Shown here in pieces: positions 1 through 9,598 of a DNA stretch of 64,000 nt. Origin of the DNA: a virus (taxonomy: Duplodnaviria > Caudoviricetes); the IMG/VR virus record IMGVR_UViG_3300043120_000083, positions 1 to 64,000 of that record. One strand, written 5' to 3'. Both the position numbers and the translations under genes were made by a program. The notes under the pieces were generated by a model, which saw nothing but the letters and a program-made list of their open reading frames with translations, was not told the origin of the DNA and made no database searches. Position 1 is the stretch's first letter, and each line of letters opens with the position of its first letter.

Positions 1-1
1 A

Positions 2-820
2 GTTGGTGGGGTAAATACAAGAGATACAAGAACATCTAATATAATAGAGATATTAAGAGATAGTTCAGATAAAAATAATGCTATTCTTCAGGAATTGTTA
101 GGTACATTTAATCAAACATCAAATAGAATACTTTCTGTATCAGGACAAATAAATACCGATGCTGTTGCTGCTGCTATTGGAGGAATTAAAGAAATTACGG
201 GGTTTGAAGGAAGGCAATTAGATAGGAGTGTTGATGCTATACAGGGGTTAGGGCAATCAAGGAACCCTGTAGCAAGAACTATGATGGCTCGTGCGTTTAG
301 AGAAGCAATGCCTGAAGCGACATGGTTTGAAACCCGTGCTGCAATGGAAAATCCTTTAGAACACACCGAAGCATTGTCTTCTGTATTTAAGAATTTGGAA
401 AGAATGACAGGAGGTGGAGAGCTTTATCAGAACGCTCTTTATGAAATGTTTGGAGGTAAACTATCTTATACTGATATAACACAACTTGAAAAAGGAGAAA
501 CTTTATCTTCCTTACAGAAAAAGAAGAGTGAAAAAAATGTTGCAACGTTAGGCCTTGATTATACTAAACAAGCCGGAGATTTTGTTTGGGAAGGAGAAAA
601 GGCAACAAAGAGGCTTGAAGCTATAATGCAAACTTATGGTAAAGACGTTGTAGATTTCACTTCTAAATTAATAGGTGAAGTTAACGAGTTAGCAAAAACG
701 GTTTTTTCTGAAGAAAAGAGGGAGGAAGTACAGGAAGATTCTACTGACTATAAGAAAATGGAAGACGCTGTAGCTCGTGGAGTAAAAAGAGGAGTTAAAG
801 ATGCACAAAGAGAAGGGTAA
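2..820 (+). CDS. 3' part of probable tail tape measure protein (5'-truncated by window edge)
   Basis: Frame is open from position 2. Helical Ala/Gly/Glu-rich sequence directly upstream of the baseplate hub gene. Confidence 0.55.
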   Translation, partial: VGGVNTRDTRTSNIIEILRDSSDKNNAILQELLGTFNQTSNRILSVSGQINTDAVAAAIGGIKEITGFEGRQLDRSVDAIQGLGQSRNPVARTMMARAFREAMPEATWFETRAAMENPLEHTEALSSVFKNLERMTGGGELYQNALYEMFGGKLSYTDITQLEKGETLSSLQKKKSEKNVATLGLDYTKQAGDFVWEGEKATKRLEAIMQTYGKDVVDFTSKLIGEVNELAKTVFSEEKREEVQEDSTDYKKMEDAVARGVKRGVKDAQREG

Positions 821-825
821 TTAAC

Positions 826-3012
826 ATGGCAGATTACGTAAGAATACCGTATTTAGGAAAAGAAAATACAACTGTAGAACAATTTTTACAGGATAACGAT
901 ACACGTATATGGAATTTATCTAAACAATCTTTTTTAGATTATGAGGAAGATACAGGGTATAGTAATTTAGAAAGGATTTATGAGAACTATAATGAAATAC
1001 AAAAAGCGGAATACAAGAATGATTGGTTGAATGGAAGTTTGAGTGTTATATTTCCCAACACGGATTTAATTATCCCTAAAACAAATACCGATTTACATAC
1101 AATAACTCTTTACGGAGATAATCAATACTTAAATCAAAAACAAAAATTCTTTACTTACTGGTCAGATAATTACAACGCTCTGATAACAAATGACGGCTTT
1201 GTAAAGACTGAGAACCTTACTGTAGAATCTGGGGTAAGGAATATAAAAAGTACAGTAAATACACAAATAATTAATGAAAACTTGCGTGTTTGGGTATGGT
1301 GCAGGGCATTAAATAGCATTATTAATCTTTCCCCTTTCATTTCTAACTTAAATACAAGTAAAGGCGAAGGTGCAGGTTCTTTTAATATTATAGCTGATCC
1401 GATTGTGGATTTGGAAGAAATACAATTTTCCGGCTCTGGGGTTATTAATTATTTCAATACAGACAATCCTTCTAAATCAAGTGTGTTAGATTTCTTCTCT
1501 AAACACTTTCAAAAGAATGATGTTGTATTTATTAGGTATGAAAAACTAAATCTTGAACAAGAAAATGAAGATAGCTCGCAATTAGATAGGCCGTTTGAAA
1601 TAAACAAAACATTGCTTGTAGGAGAATCAGAAGATTTACCTTTTGCGAGAAATTGGGACATGATAGGTTTAATAGATAATGTCAGGTCTTCTTATAGTGC
1701 TCAAAGTACAGATCAGTTTGTAAATATAGAAGGGAGAGATTTAACTAAATTATTAATAGATGATGGTTCATTCTTTGTTCCTGTAAGATATGTAGAGGGT
1801 AGTGATAAAAATTGGATTTGGGGTGGGGATTCTGCTTCTGGAGTTATACAAAGAAATAAAGTAAGTGGTTCTTATGATTATTTCTTTGCTTACGTAATGA
1901 AGTCAATTAAACAATCTTTAGGTTTTGTCATTAATCACCTTTCCAATTTAGGTATTGTCCCGGATGATTTGTTTGCAGCTTACGGAGATAAAATATCAAA
2001 AGTGTATGAATATCCTACTGAAGATAAAACGTATTTAGAGCAAAAGAAAGTAAAGGGAATATGGCAAATAGTTAAGTTGTTTATAGACCCACCAACGGAA
2101 GACAGAAGAATATCTGATGATAGCCTTGCTAACCCTGATGGAACATTGTTTGAATTGATAAATAAACTATGTCAGAAACCTTTTGTGGAATTTTGGGGAG
2201 ATACTAATGGAGATACGTTTGATTTTGTTGTACGTCAACCCCCCACATCTAAAGAACAAATACAGGATGTTGTAAATCAAGGTAAATTCATAACCATTGA
2301 AGACAAAGACTTAATTAGATATGATTTAGAATTTGATGAAAGATTTTATAGTTATTATCAATTACAACCAGAGAACACTTTTCTTGGTGAAGATGGATTT
2401 AGTGCATTAGCTTATCTTCCTATTGTTTATGTAGATAGAATTGCAGAAGTTTATGGAAATCAAAGGTTGGTAGAAAAAGATAATTATATTTCTATAAGAG
2501 CTTTAAAAGGGGATAAAAATGAAAATCAAGACTTCAATTTATTTCTAAATACATTACTGCCGGACTATAAATACATAATTGAATCAAATCAATATCTTCA
2601 ATTTACACGTAGAGGACAAATAACAATAAATGGGGATAGAAGGATAAAACGCGGAACTTTCATTAAATTCAATAAGACTAATGAATTGTTCTATGTAACT
2701 CAGGTTTCTCATTCTCTATCAATAGGTAAAGGTGTAATAGAAAGAACCACAACTATAAACGTAGAAAGAGGAATGATTTTCGATTATATAAAGGGAAGTA
2801 TGGTAGATTATGAGCTGAATGGAGAAGTAAGAAAAGAGTGGATAAGTTACTTTGATATAATAGACACAGAATTGTTATATCAAAACCTTATTGAGAATAT
2901 TAATTCAGAATCGGGAGCTAAAGGTTCACGATCAAAAGAAAATATAAAGACAAATTTTGGAGTAAGAGATGAAGTGTTTGATTTCTTTGTTAACAGAAAA
3001 CAATTTCAATAA
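826..3012 (+). CDS. baseplate hub / tail-associated protein (gp27/gpD-like)
   Basis: 728 aa. 'IEGRDLTKLLID' and C-terminal 'GQITINGDRRIKRGTFI..FYVTQVSHS..TTINVERG' are typical of hub proteins; follows the tape measure gene. Confidence 0.65.
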   Translation: MADYVRIPYLGKENTTVEQFLQDNDTRIWNLSKQSFLDYEEDTGYSNLERIYENYNEIQKAEYKNDWLNGSLSVIFPNTDLIIPKTNTDLHTITLYGDNQYLNQKQKFFTYWSDNYNALITNDGFVKTENLTVESGVRNIKSTVNTQIINENLRVWVWCRALNSIINLSPFISNLNTSKGEGAGSFNIIADPIVDLEEIQFSGSGVINYFNTDNPSKSSVLDFFSKHFQKNDVVFIRYEKLNLEQENEDSSQLDRPFEINKTLLVGESEDLPFARNWDMIGLIDNVRSSYSAQSTDQFVNIEGRDLTKLLIDDGSFFVPVRYVEGSDKNWIWGGDSASGVIQRNKVSGSYDYFFAYVMKSIKQSLGFVINHLSNLGIVPDDLFAAYGDKISKVYEYPTEDKTYLEQKKVKGIWQIVKLFIDPPTEDRRISDDSLANPDGTLFELINKLCQKPFVEFWGDTNGDTFDFVVRQPPTSKEQIQDVVNQGKFITIEDKDLIRYDLEFDERFYSYYQLQPENTFLGEDGFSALAYLPIVYVDRIAEVYGNQRLVEKDNYISIRALKGDKNENQDFNLFLNTLLPDYKYIIESNQYLQFTRRGQITINGDRRIKRGTFIKFNKTNELFYVTQVSHSLSIGKGVIERTTTINVERGMIFDYIKGSMVDYELNGEVRKEWISYFDIIDTELLYQNLIENINSESGAKGSRSKENIKTNFGVRDEVFDFFVNRKQFQ

Positions 3013-3842
3013 TGCAGGGAGTAAGTAGGAATAAAATATCAAATAATTTCCCCCCGGTAGGGATAGGATATATCATGATACCTTCTAATTTAGAAAGGGA
3101 TGAGTATGTACGTAATTGTTATGATAGAGAAAGAGTGTGTGTATATATAGAACAGTCTGGAAGCATGGCAAAGGATTGTTACATATCACAACAAGCCCTT
3201 AGAGATATAACTTTTCCTGCTGACACTACAAAACTTGGAAGCCCTGTAATATTCGTTTCTGAAAAATTTACAAATAAACCAATTGTAGTTTCTACGGTAT
3301 CTAAAGAAGATGAAACAGAATTACTTTCTGAATATAGGTTTAAACTTGAAAAAGCATATAAGAATAACAAAGTAAAGATTGAAGCCGATGCAGAAAAGGG
3401 TGTTTTAAATATATTTGTTGATGATAAGGAAGAGTTTGGTGTAATAAATTTATCAGTAAAGGGGAAAGAAGGTGGCGTATTAAATATAGACACATCAAAT
3501 AAGGTTCATATAAACGCTGATAAAGAAATTAATGCACAGTCATCAGGAGAAATTAAAATTAAGACTATTGACAGCCTTTCTGGGGACGTTAAATGCGAAA
3601 TAAGGGCAGATGGTCAAGACGTATATATAAAGCCCGAAAATGAGCTTAGAATAGGTGAATTTAATGAACCTTCTGTTTTAGGAGATACATTAGCTGATTT
3701 ATTAGATGGATTAATTACAGAAATATCAAATTCTCTTGTTTCCACAGCATTAGGGCCACAACCTCTATTAAACAAAGCACAGATTGCAGCTTATAAACAA
3801 CAATTAGAATCAATAAAAAGTAAGGTAATTAAAACAAGTTAA
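3012..3842 (+). CDS. baseplate central spike (gpV/gp5-like)
   Basis: Beta-helix-like middle region and C-terminal 'EPSVLGDTLADLLDGLI'; follows the hub gene. Confidence 0.55.
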   Translation: MQGVSRNKISNNFPPVGIGYIMIPSNLERDEYVRNCYDRERVCVYIEQSGSMAKDCYISQQALRDITFPADTTKLGSPVIFVSEKFTNKPIVVSTVSKEDETELLSEYRFKLEKAYKNNKVKIEADAEKGVLNIFVDDKEEFGVINLSVKGKEGGVLNIDTSNKVHINADKEINAQSSGEIKIKTIDSLSGDVKCEIRADGQDVYIKPENELRIGEFNEPSVLGDTLADLLDGLITEISNSLVSTALGPQPLLNKAQIAAYKQQLESIKSKVIKTS

Positions 3843-3843
3843 T

Positions 3844-4092
3844 ATGACAGTAGTAAAACCGACAATACAAACACAAATAAGAAGTATGCTTCAGGGGTTT
3901 AAAGATAAAACAACAGCAGAAGAGGCAGAAACTACTATGGATGAATTGGCAGATGAATTATCTACAATTATACAGGAAGCAATATTGTCTGCAACCATAA
4001 CAGTCCCAACGGGAATACCTGTTTCTACAACGGGAACAGCGGCAGCGCAAACGGGAGCAACGACTGCCCCGGCAACAGCAACAATAGCTTAA
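3844..4092 (+). CDS. small virion protein, possible spike-tip protein
   Basis: 82 aa with Thr/Ala/Gly-rich C-terminus, directly after the spike gene. Confidence 0.4.
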   Translation: MTVVKPTIQTQIRSMLQGFKDKTTAEEAETTMDELADELSTIIQEAILSATITVPTGIPVSTTGTAAAQTGATTAPATATIA

Positions 4093-4147
4093 TTAAATTT
4101 TTTAAAACCATTATTTTTTATTAATTTTAAGGTAAACAAAGTAGAGC

Positions 4148-4915
4148 ATGGATTTAGGGCAGATAACAAGAAGGTATCAGAATCAACTACAAACATTAGG
4201 TCGTTCCGGGCTTAATGCTTTGTTTCCTTATGATTTTGAGGTCTATATGGTAGCTCTTGAATTAACAAATAGTTCAGGACAGACCATTGATTATCTGTCT
4301 TTCCCTATTACTCCTGAATCAATAAGTAAAAGTGAACCGAAAAGGACAAATATTAGAAACACTTCTTCAGGGGTTACGGTATTGAGTTCAAGTACGTTCA
4401 TGCCTGAAGATATTACATTAAAAGGTAATTTTGGACGTAATTTTAAGATATTATTATCTGACAACGAACCCTCTATTGAGGGGGTTGCATATAGTACAAC
4501 AGCAGGAGTTTATGATTTAACACAAATAGGCACAACGAATAGAACACTTTCTCTAAACTCACCTTTATTCAATTTAGGAGTAAAGACAGGATATGGAGCA
4601 ACAAGGATTTTGAAAGCTATTGTTTCAAAAAGTAATGGTGTAGATAGAGATGGAAAACCGTTTAGGCTATATTTTTATAATTTAGCGTTAGGTGAAAGTT
4701 ATTTAGTAGCAGTTCCTCCAGCAGGAATAACAATATCTCAAACGAAAGATAAGAATATGATATGGGAGTATAACTTGAATTTGAAAACAATAGCTCCCTT
4801 GAGTAGTTTAAAATCAAATATAGGGGGTAGTTCTTTAATAAAAACATTATCCACTAATGTTATACAAAAAGGGATAAATACTGTAGGTTCGGAAATAGTT
4901 AATTTATTAAGTTAA
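4148..4915 (+). CDS. tail/baseplate structural protein (tube-initiator-like)
   Basis: 255 aa. 'FPITPESISKSEP..DITLKGNFG..WEYNLNLK' pattern; baseplate context. Confidence 0.45.
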   Translation: MDLGQITRRYQNQLQTLGRSGLNALFPYDFEVYMVALELTNSSGQTIDYLSFPITPESISKSEPKRTNIRNTSSGVTVLSSSTFMPEDITLKGNFGRNFKILLSDNEPSIEGVAYSTTAGVYDLTQIGTTNRTLSLNSPLFNLGVKTGYGATRILKAIVSKSNGVDRDGKPFRLYFYNLALGESYLVAVPPAGITISQTKDKNMIWEYNLNLKTIAPLSSLKSNIGGSSLIKTLSTNVIQKGINTVGSEIVNLLS

Positions 4916-5814
4916 TGGGGTTAGTTGAGTTTAAAAATAAAACAGGTTATGATTTGGAGAAATTCTTCAATGACTTTGTTATATTTATTAACGAAGACCT
5001 ACAACCTATTGTTAATTTTTATAATGGAGGTACAACCCCTAATGAATCTTTCAGGGAATTAGAAAGATTGTTATCAGAATCTTACAAAATTGAATCAATT
5101 TGGGAAATATATGGTTCTCGATTTAATAATGCCATATATTGGGAATTGTTAGATAAGTTTACTGAAGCACAAGGTAAACTATTTACTTGTAAAAAAATGT
5201 CAAAGTGGGCAAGAAGTTCAAGATTAGGAGAATTTGATAGTAGTATAAAGTTTCAAAGAGGGTTAAAACAATTTGAAACATTTGAGCAAGTTTCAAGTTC
5301 AACTGGATCTCAGTCTCCGCAAGATGATTGGGCAGATATAGCGATAAGTAATTTTAAGGTTGAGGAAGATTATACGAATGAAGGAGGTACAATATTTTCA
5401 GTAAGCCTAAAAAACAACATGAATTTTGATATTCCTAATATTGTTGATACTTTAGTGAATGAAAATATATATGGGAAGGATATAAATAAGGACGTTAAAT
5501 TTATAGATAATGATTTAGGTGTTGTGATGTTTAACGATGCTTTAAAACAATCATTAGACACTAAATTAGCTACATTAAAAGGAGATATACCGGAATTTCC
5601 TGAGATAGGCTTAAACCCAAAGTCAACATCTTCTAATGTTAACACAATACAATACCCTTCAATATTTAGAAACTTACTTAGTTCGTTTCAATTAGACGGT
5701 AGATGGGCAGAAATAAATTTATTAGATATAAGTAGAGAGGAAGATGGGGTGATGATTAAAATTGAAGTAAAAACTGTTTTAAAAGACAATTACGTCACTA
5801 ATTTAAAAGTTTAA
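4915..5814 (+). CDS. baseplate wedge protein with C-terminal gp25-like domain
   Basis: 'ATLKGDIPEFPEIGL..FQLDGR' resembles gp25/gpW; immediately upstream of baseplate J. Confidence 0.55.
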   Translation: MGLVEFKNKTGYDLEKFFNDFVIFINEDLQPIVNFYNGGTTPNESFRELERLLSESYKIESIWEIYGSRFNNAIYWELLDKFTEAQGKLFTCKKMSKWARSSRLGEFDSSIKFQRGLKQFETFEQVSSSTGSQSPQDDWADIAISNFKVEEDYTNEGGTIFSVSLKNNMNFDIPNIVDTLVNENIYGKDINKDVKFIDNDLGVVMFNDALKQSLDTKLATLKGDIPEFPEIGLNPKSTSSNVNTIQYPSIFRNLLSSFQLDGRWAEINLLDISREEDGVMIKIEVKTVLKDNYVTNLKV

Positions 5815-6983
5815 TGAACACAAGGGTAACAACAATAACAAAACTAAAGAATCTATTTATTGAGATTTTTCTTAATAAAACAGATAAAGTTTCTGATATA
5901 TCTGAAGATAGTGTATTAAATGCAACAGCTTTTGGTGTAGCTAAGGTAGGCCAAAAGGCTTTAAAGGATATAGCAATAACATCAAGTAAAATTTTCCCAG
6001 ACACAGCTTATGGAAGTTATTTGGATGAATCAGCTGCACTTTTTGGTGTTTCTGAACGCAAGGGGGCTTTAGGCTCTTCAACGTATGTAAGAGTTATAGC
6101 AGACGAAGGAACAACATATTTATTAGGTACGCATAGGTTTGTAAATACAAATGGTATTGTGTTTGAAATGGAGAATGATTTTACCGTAGGGGTAAACGGT
6201 TTCGGTTACATTAAAGTTAGAAGTGTAGATTCTGGAAATAAAACAAATGTAGAAGCAGCATCTATTGTAAATGTAACACCAAGACCTGAAGGTCATGTTG
6301 CAGTAACTAATGAGTATCAAGCTATCGGGGGAAGAGATGAAGAGAGTGATGAAATATTAAGGTTGAGAATTAAAAATAATCTAAACATCCTATCTATATC
6401 AACCGTTGAGTATTTTACCCAAGTTTTTCAGAACATAGATGATAGGGTATTAAGAATTGTAAATGTTGGAACTAATGATGACGGGAAAAGAGAATTAAGA
6501 GTATTAAGCCAAAATGGTATTGATTTTATACAATCCGAATTGCAAAATATGCTTGATCAGTCTAAAAACTTTTTCCCTCTTACAGATAAAAACAGGTTTG
6601 GTGACTTAATAGGTATTGAATTAAGGAATATAGAATGGTATTATATAGGAGGAGAACAGGGTGTAGATTTTCGTGTTCAGGTTGAAGATAATTACTCTGT
6701 AGATGAAGTAAGGAAGAAAATTCAAGTAAACCTTTCCAAGTATGCAGATTTTCGATTTTGGGATATTGATGACACGATACAATGGGACGACATGTTAGAG
6801 ATTGTGAAAGAAACAGAAGGTGTTAAATATGTGCCAGACAAATTCTTTAACCCTAATAATGATGAAGTAGTTCCATTGAATAAGTTTCCACGGATTAGGT
6901 CTTTTATTATGAGAGATTTAGATGGAAATATTTTATACGATAGCAATAATGTGTTAACTCCTGTTTTTTATCCGGCTGAATAA
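5814..6983 (+). CDS. baseplate J-like wedge protein
   Basis: 'DTAYGSYLD..A..FGV.RKGA' and 'GGRDEESDEILRLRI' are hallmark Baseplate_J motifs. Confidence 0.85.
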   Translation: MNTRVTTITKLKNLFIEIFLNKTDKVSDISEDSVLNATAFGVAKVGQKALKDIAITSSKIFPDTAYGSYLDESAALFGVSERKGALGSSTYVRVIADEGTTYLLGTHRFVNTNGIVFEMENDFTVGVNGFGYIKVRSVDSGNKTNVEAASIVNVTPRPEGHVAVTNEYQAIGGRDEESDEILRLRIKNNLNILSISTVEYFTQVFQNIDDRVLRIVNVGTNDDGKRELRVLSQNGIDFIQSELQNMLDQSKNFFPLTDKNRFGDLIGIELRNIEWYYIGGEQGVDFRVQVEDNYSVDEVRKKIQVNLSKYADFRFWDIDDTIQWDDMLEIVKETEGVKYVPDKFFNPNNDEVVPLNKFPRIRSFIMRDLDGNILYDSNNVLTPVFYPAE

Positions 6984-6986
6984 ATT

Positions 6987-7277
6987 ATGGCAGAAGAAAG
7001 ATTGATAAACACAAGAACTAATGTAAATATTTCGGGTAACAGTATATCAATACATACATTTTATACTGAACCTGAAGAATTTGTGTTAGAATTTTTTGTC
7101 CCTTTGCAGGATGAAACAGTTCAATCAATAAATTTTTTAGCCGGAGACTTGGGTTACACACAAGAAAATAATAGTGATATTTTTGAAATAAATGAAAATG
7201 GAGAATTGATTGTCTCTTCTCCTAATGCTGATAAATACAGTATTGATAATAATGGAGATTTAATTTATACCGAATAA
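6987..7277 (+). CDS. hypothetical tail-associated protein
   Basis: 96 aa ORF tightly coupled to its neighbours; repeated 'F/YxIxxNGxLI'. Confidence 0.5.
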   Translation: MAEERLINTRTNVNISGNSISIHTFYTEPEEFVLEFFVPLQDETVQSINFLAGDLGYTQENNSDIFEINENGELIVSSPNADKYSIDNNGDLIYTE

Positions 7278-9346
7278 TGGCAACAAGGAATTTAGGTAAT
7301 GTACGTGCTTTAATATCATCAGCAACACCTCCTACAAATAAAAATCTTATTTGGCAGGACACAAGTTCTATTCCCTACACTAAAAAAGTTTGGAATAATA
7401 ATTTGTTGATCTGGGAACCAATAAATCCTTCTGAAAGCACCGGAGAGGAAAACACGGCTTCTAATGTAGGTTTAGGTTCTGGTTTATACAAAGAAAAAGT
7501 AGGTGTAGATTTAAGATTTAAGAGTTTAAGTGCAGGGACTAATGTTTCAATTTCTGAACAACAAGACCAAGTTGTTATCAGTTCTTCAGGTAAACACTCT
7601 ATAGAAAATGAAGGTACAGGTGTCACCCCTGCAAACATTTTAAATTTTTTAGGGTTTGTAATCACTTACGACAGTGTTAATGGAAAGATAGTAATAGATA
7701 AGGGAGAACCTTCTAATACAATAGTGCAAACATTAACTGAATTACAAGCAATAACCGGGTATAAAGATGGAAATTCAGTATTGGTTGTTGATGAATTTTC
7801 TTGGTATAAATTTAATGCTGGTAGTGAATCAGGAACAAAGCCTGATGACGGGGGAACAGGTAGTTGGATTCAATACGCTGAATTTTCTGGGCTTGTAAGT
7901 GATTCTATTCATAATACAACAGAAAAACCAACACCAGTCGATGCAGACGAGTTTGGTATTTGGGGTAGTGTAAGTAGTGCATTGAGGAAGGTTACATGGG
8001 CGAACATAAAAGCAACCCTAAAAACATATTTTGATACACTTTATGTGTCCGTAACAGACGTTACAAGTCAAATGATTGCTAACTGGAATGAGGCGTATGG
8101 ATGGGGAGATCATGCAGCAGAAGGTTATTTAACAACAGAAACAGATCCGGTTTTTACAGCTCACCCTGCATCAAATGTTATTGACACAGGAGACGGAGAC
8201 AAATATTTGGCAGATGATGGGATATATAGGTTTGTTGAATCTGGAGATACTTCACTTTGGGAACCAGACACAATATCAGGAGCCACAACCGAGCACCCAA
8301 GGTGGAACGATTCAGGCGACCCGAATATTTACGGAACTGATAAGTTTGGATTTGGGGCTTTGCCGGCGGGGCATCGATATAGCGATGGAACATATTATTT
8401 AATTGGGACTATCGGGGAGTTCTGGACGAAAACACTGAATGAATTTAGTAATCCCATAGGAAGGCAGGCTGAAAATGACAATAAATCTATAGTTATATCG
8501 AATAGGAGTGCGAAAGAAGGTCTCTCTCTCCGTCTCGTCCGCCCCTACGCCCCCGCAGATGGTGACAAAATAGACGGTAGAATATTATACGATACTTTCA
8601 GCGATTATGATGGCAACACCTACGATGGTGTAATCATAGGCGATCAGGTTTGGTCAACAACTAACTTGAAGACTACTTCTTACGCAGATGGAACACCTAT
8701 CCTCACAGGCTACAATAATACAGATTGGTCAAATTTAACCACAGGCGCATACGCCGTTTACGATTACAATTTAGTTTCAGGCATTGATTCTGAAGATGAA
8801 ATGATCACAGCGTATGGCCTATTGTATAACTGGTATGCGGTCGATAATGCTTTAGGGTTAGCGACAAATGGAAGCGTTCCTACAGATGCGGAATTTACGC
8901 AGCTTACTGATTATCTTATTGCCACTTATCCTGAAATTGACAGCACAAATGTAGGCGATTATTTAAAATCTGTTAGACAAGTTAATTCGCCTTTTGAGTA
9001 TGAGAGTGATGAGATATTACGACCTAAAGAGAATTTGTCAGGGGAGAGGCGAAAAATATTAGCTGAAGATATTGTTGATGGCAATATAAAATCCTACACA
9101 ATAGACTTCCAAACCACCTCCTACTCTGCTATGGATATTAACATGTTCGGAGCCGGAACAATAACAGAGATAACGACTCAAAACATAGCCTCAATAGTCG
9201 TTACATACAGCGGAGGCGTACAGCAAGCTGTTAACCCTGCCGATCCGGCGTTGAGCATTGAGGCAGGCGACAATCTTTATTGGGAAATAACCCGAACCAC
9301 CGACGGCGAACCAGCCGCAATGGGTGTTAAACTTGAATTAAATTAA
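7277..9346 (+). CDS. tail fibre/receptor-binding protein with circularly permuted Fib_succ_major (FISUMP) domain
   Basis: Fibre-like N-terminus. Motifs HPRW, FGALPAG.R, GLSLRLVR, DYDGNTY..IGDQVW and YGLLYNWYAV appear in permuted order. Confidence 0.75.
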   Translation: MATRNLGNVRALISSATPPTNKNLIWQDTSSIPYTKKVWNNNLLIWEPINPSESTGEENTASNVGLGSGLYKEKVGVDLRFKSLSAGTNVSISEQQDQVVISSSGKHSIENEGTGVTPANILNFLGFVITYDSVNGKIVIDKGEPSNTIVQTLTELQAITGYKDGNSVLVVDEFSWYKFNAGSESGTKPDDGGTGSWIQYAEFSGLVSDSIHNTTEKPTPVDADEFGIWGSVSSALRKVTWANIKATLKTYFDTLYVSVTDVTSQMIANWNEAYGWGDHAAEGYLTTETDPVFTAHPASNVIDTGDGDKYLADDGIYRFVESGDTSLWEPDTISGATTEHPRWNDSGDPNIYGTDKFGFGALPAGHRYSDGTYYLIGTIGEFWTKTLNEFSNPIGRQAENDNKSIVISNRSAKEGLSLRLVRPYAPADGDKIDGRILYDTFSDYDGNTYDGVIIGDQVWSTTNLKTTSYADGTPILTGYNNTDWSNLTTGAYAVYDYNLVSGIDSEDEMITAYGLLYNWYAVDNALGLATNGSVPTDAEFTQLTDYLIATYPEIDSTNVGDYLKSVRQVNSPFEYESDEILRPKENLSGERRKILAEDIVDGNIKSYTIDFQTTSYSAMDINMFGAGTITEITTQNIASIVVTYSGGVQQAVNPADPALSIEAGDNLYWEITRTTDGEPAAMGVKLELN

Positions 9347-9351
9347 GAGAT

Positions 9352-9597
9352 ATGCAAATCCAACTAACACAAAACCTATACTGGGACACGGAATCCACCC
9401 AGCAATCCGAAGAGGTAATGGAGTACATTATGAATACAGTAAAACCCAACCTCTCCACACCTACACGTGACCAAATGGGGCGGCCTGTCGAAAGAACTTA
9501 CGAGACCGATACCGCCATCATAACAGAGAGACAGGTATATATTAATGACAAGAACTGGGCGCGTGACCACGTCGAATACATTGTAACAGCTAAGTAA
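9352..9597 (+). CDS. hypothetical protein (tail fibre module)
   Basis: 81 aa ORF in the higher-GC fibre module. Confidence 0.55.
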   Translation: MQIQLTQNLYWDTESTQQSEEVMEYIMNTVKPNLSTPTRDQMGRPVERTYETDTAIITERQVYINDKNWARDHVEYIVTAK

Positions 9598-9598
9598 T

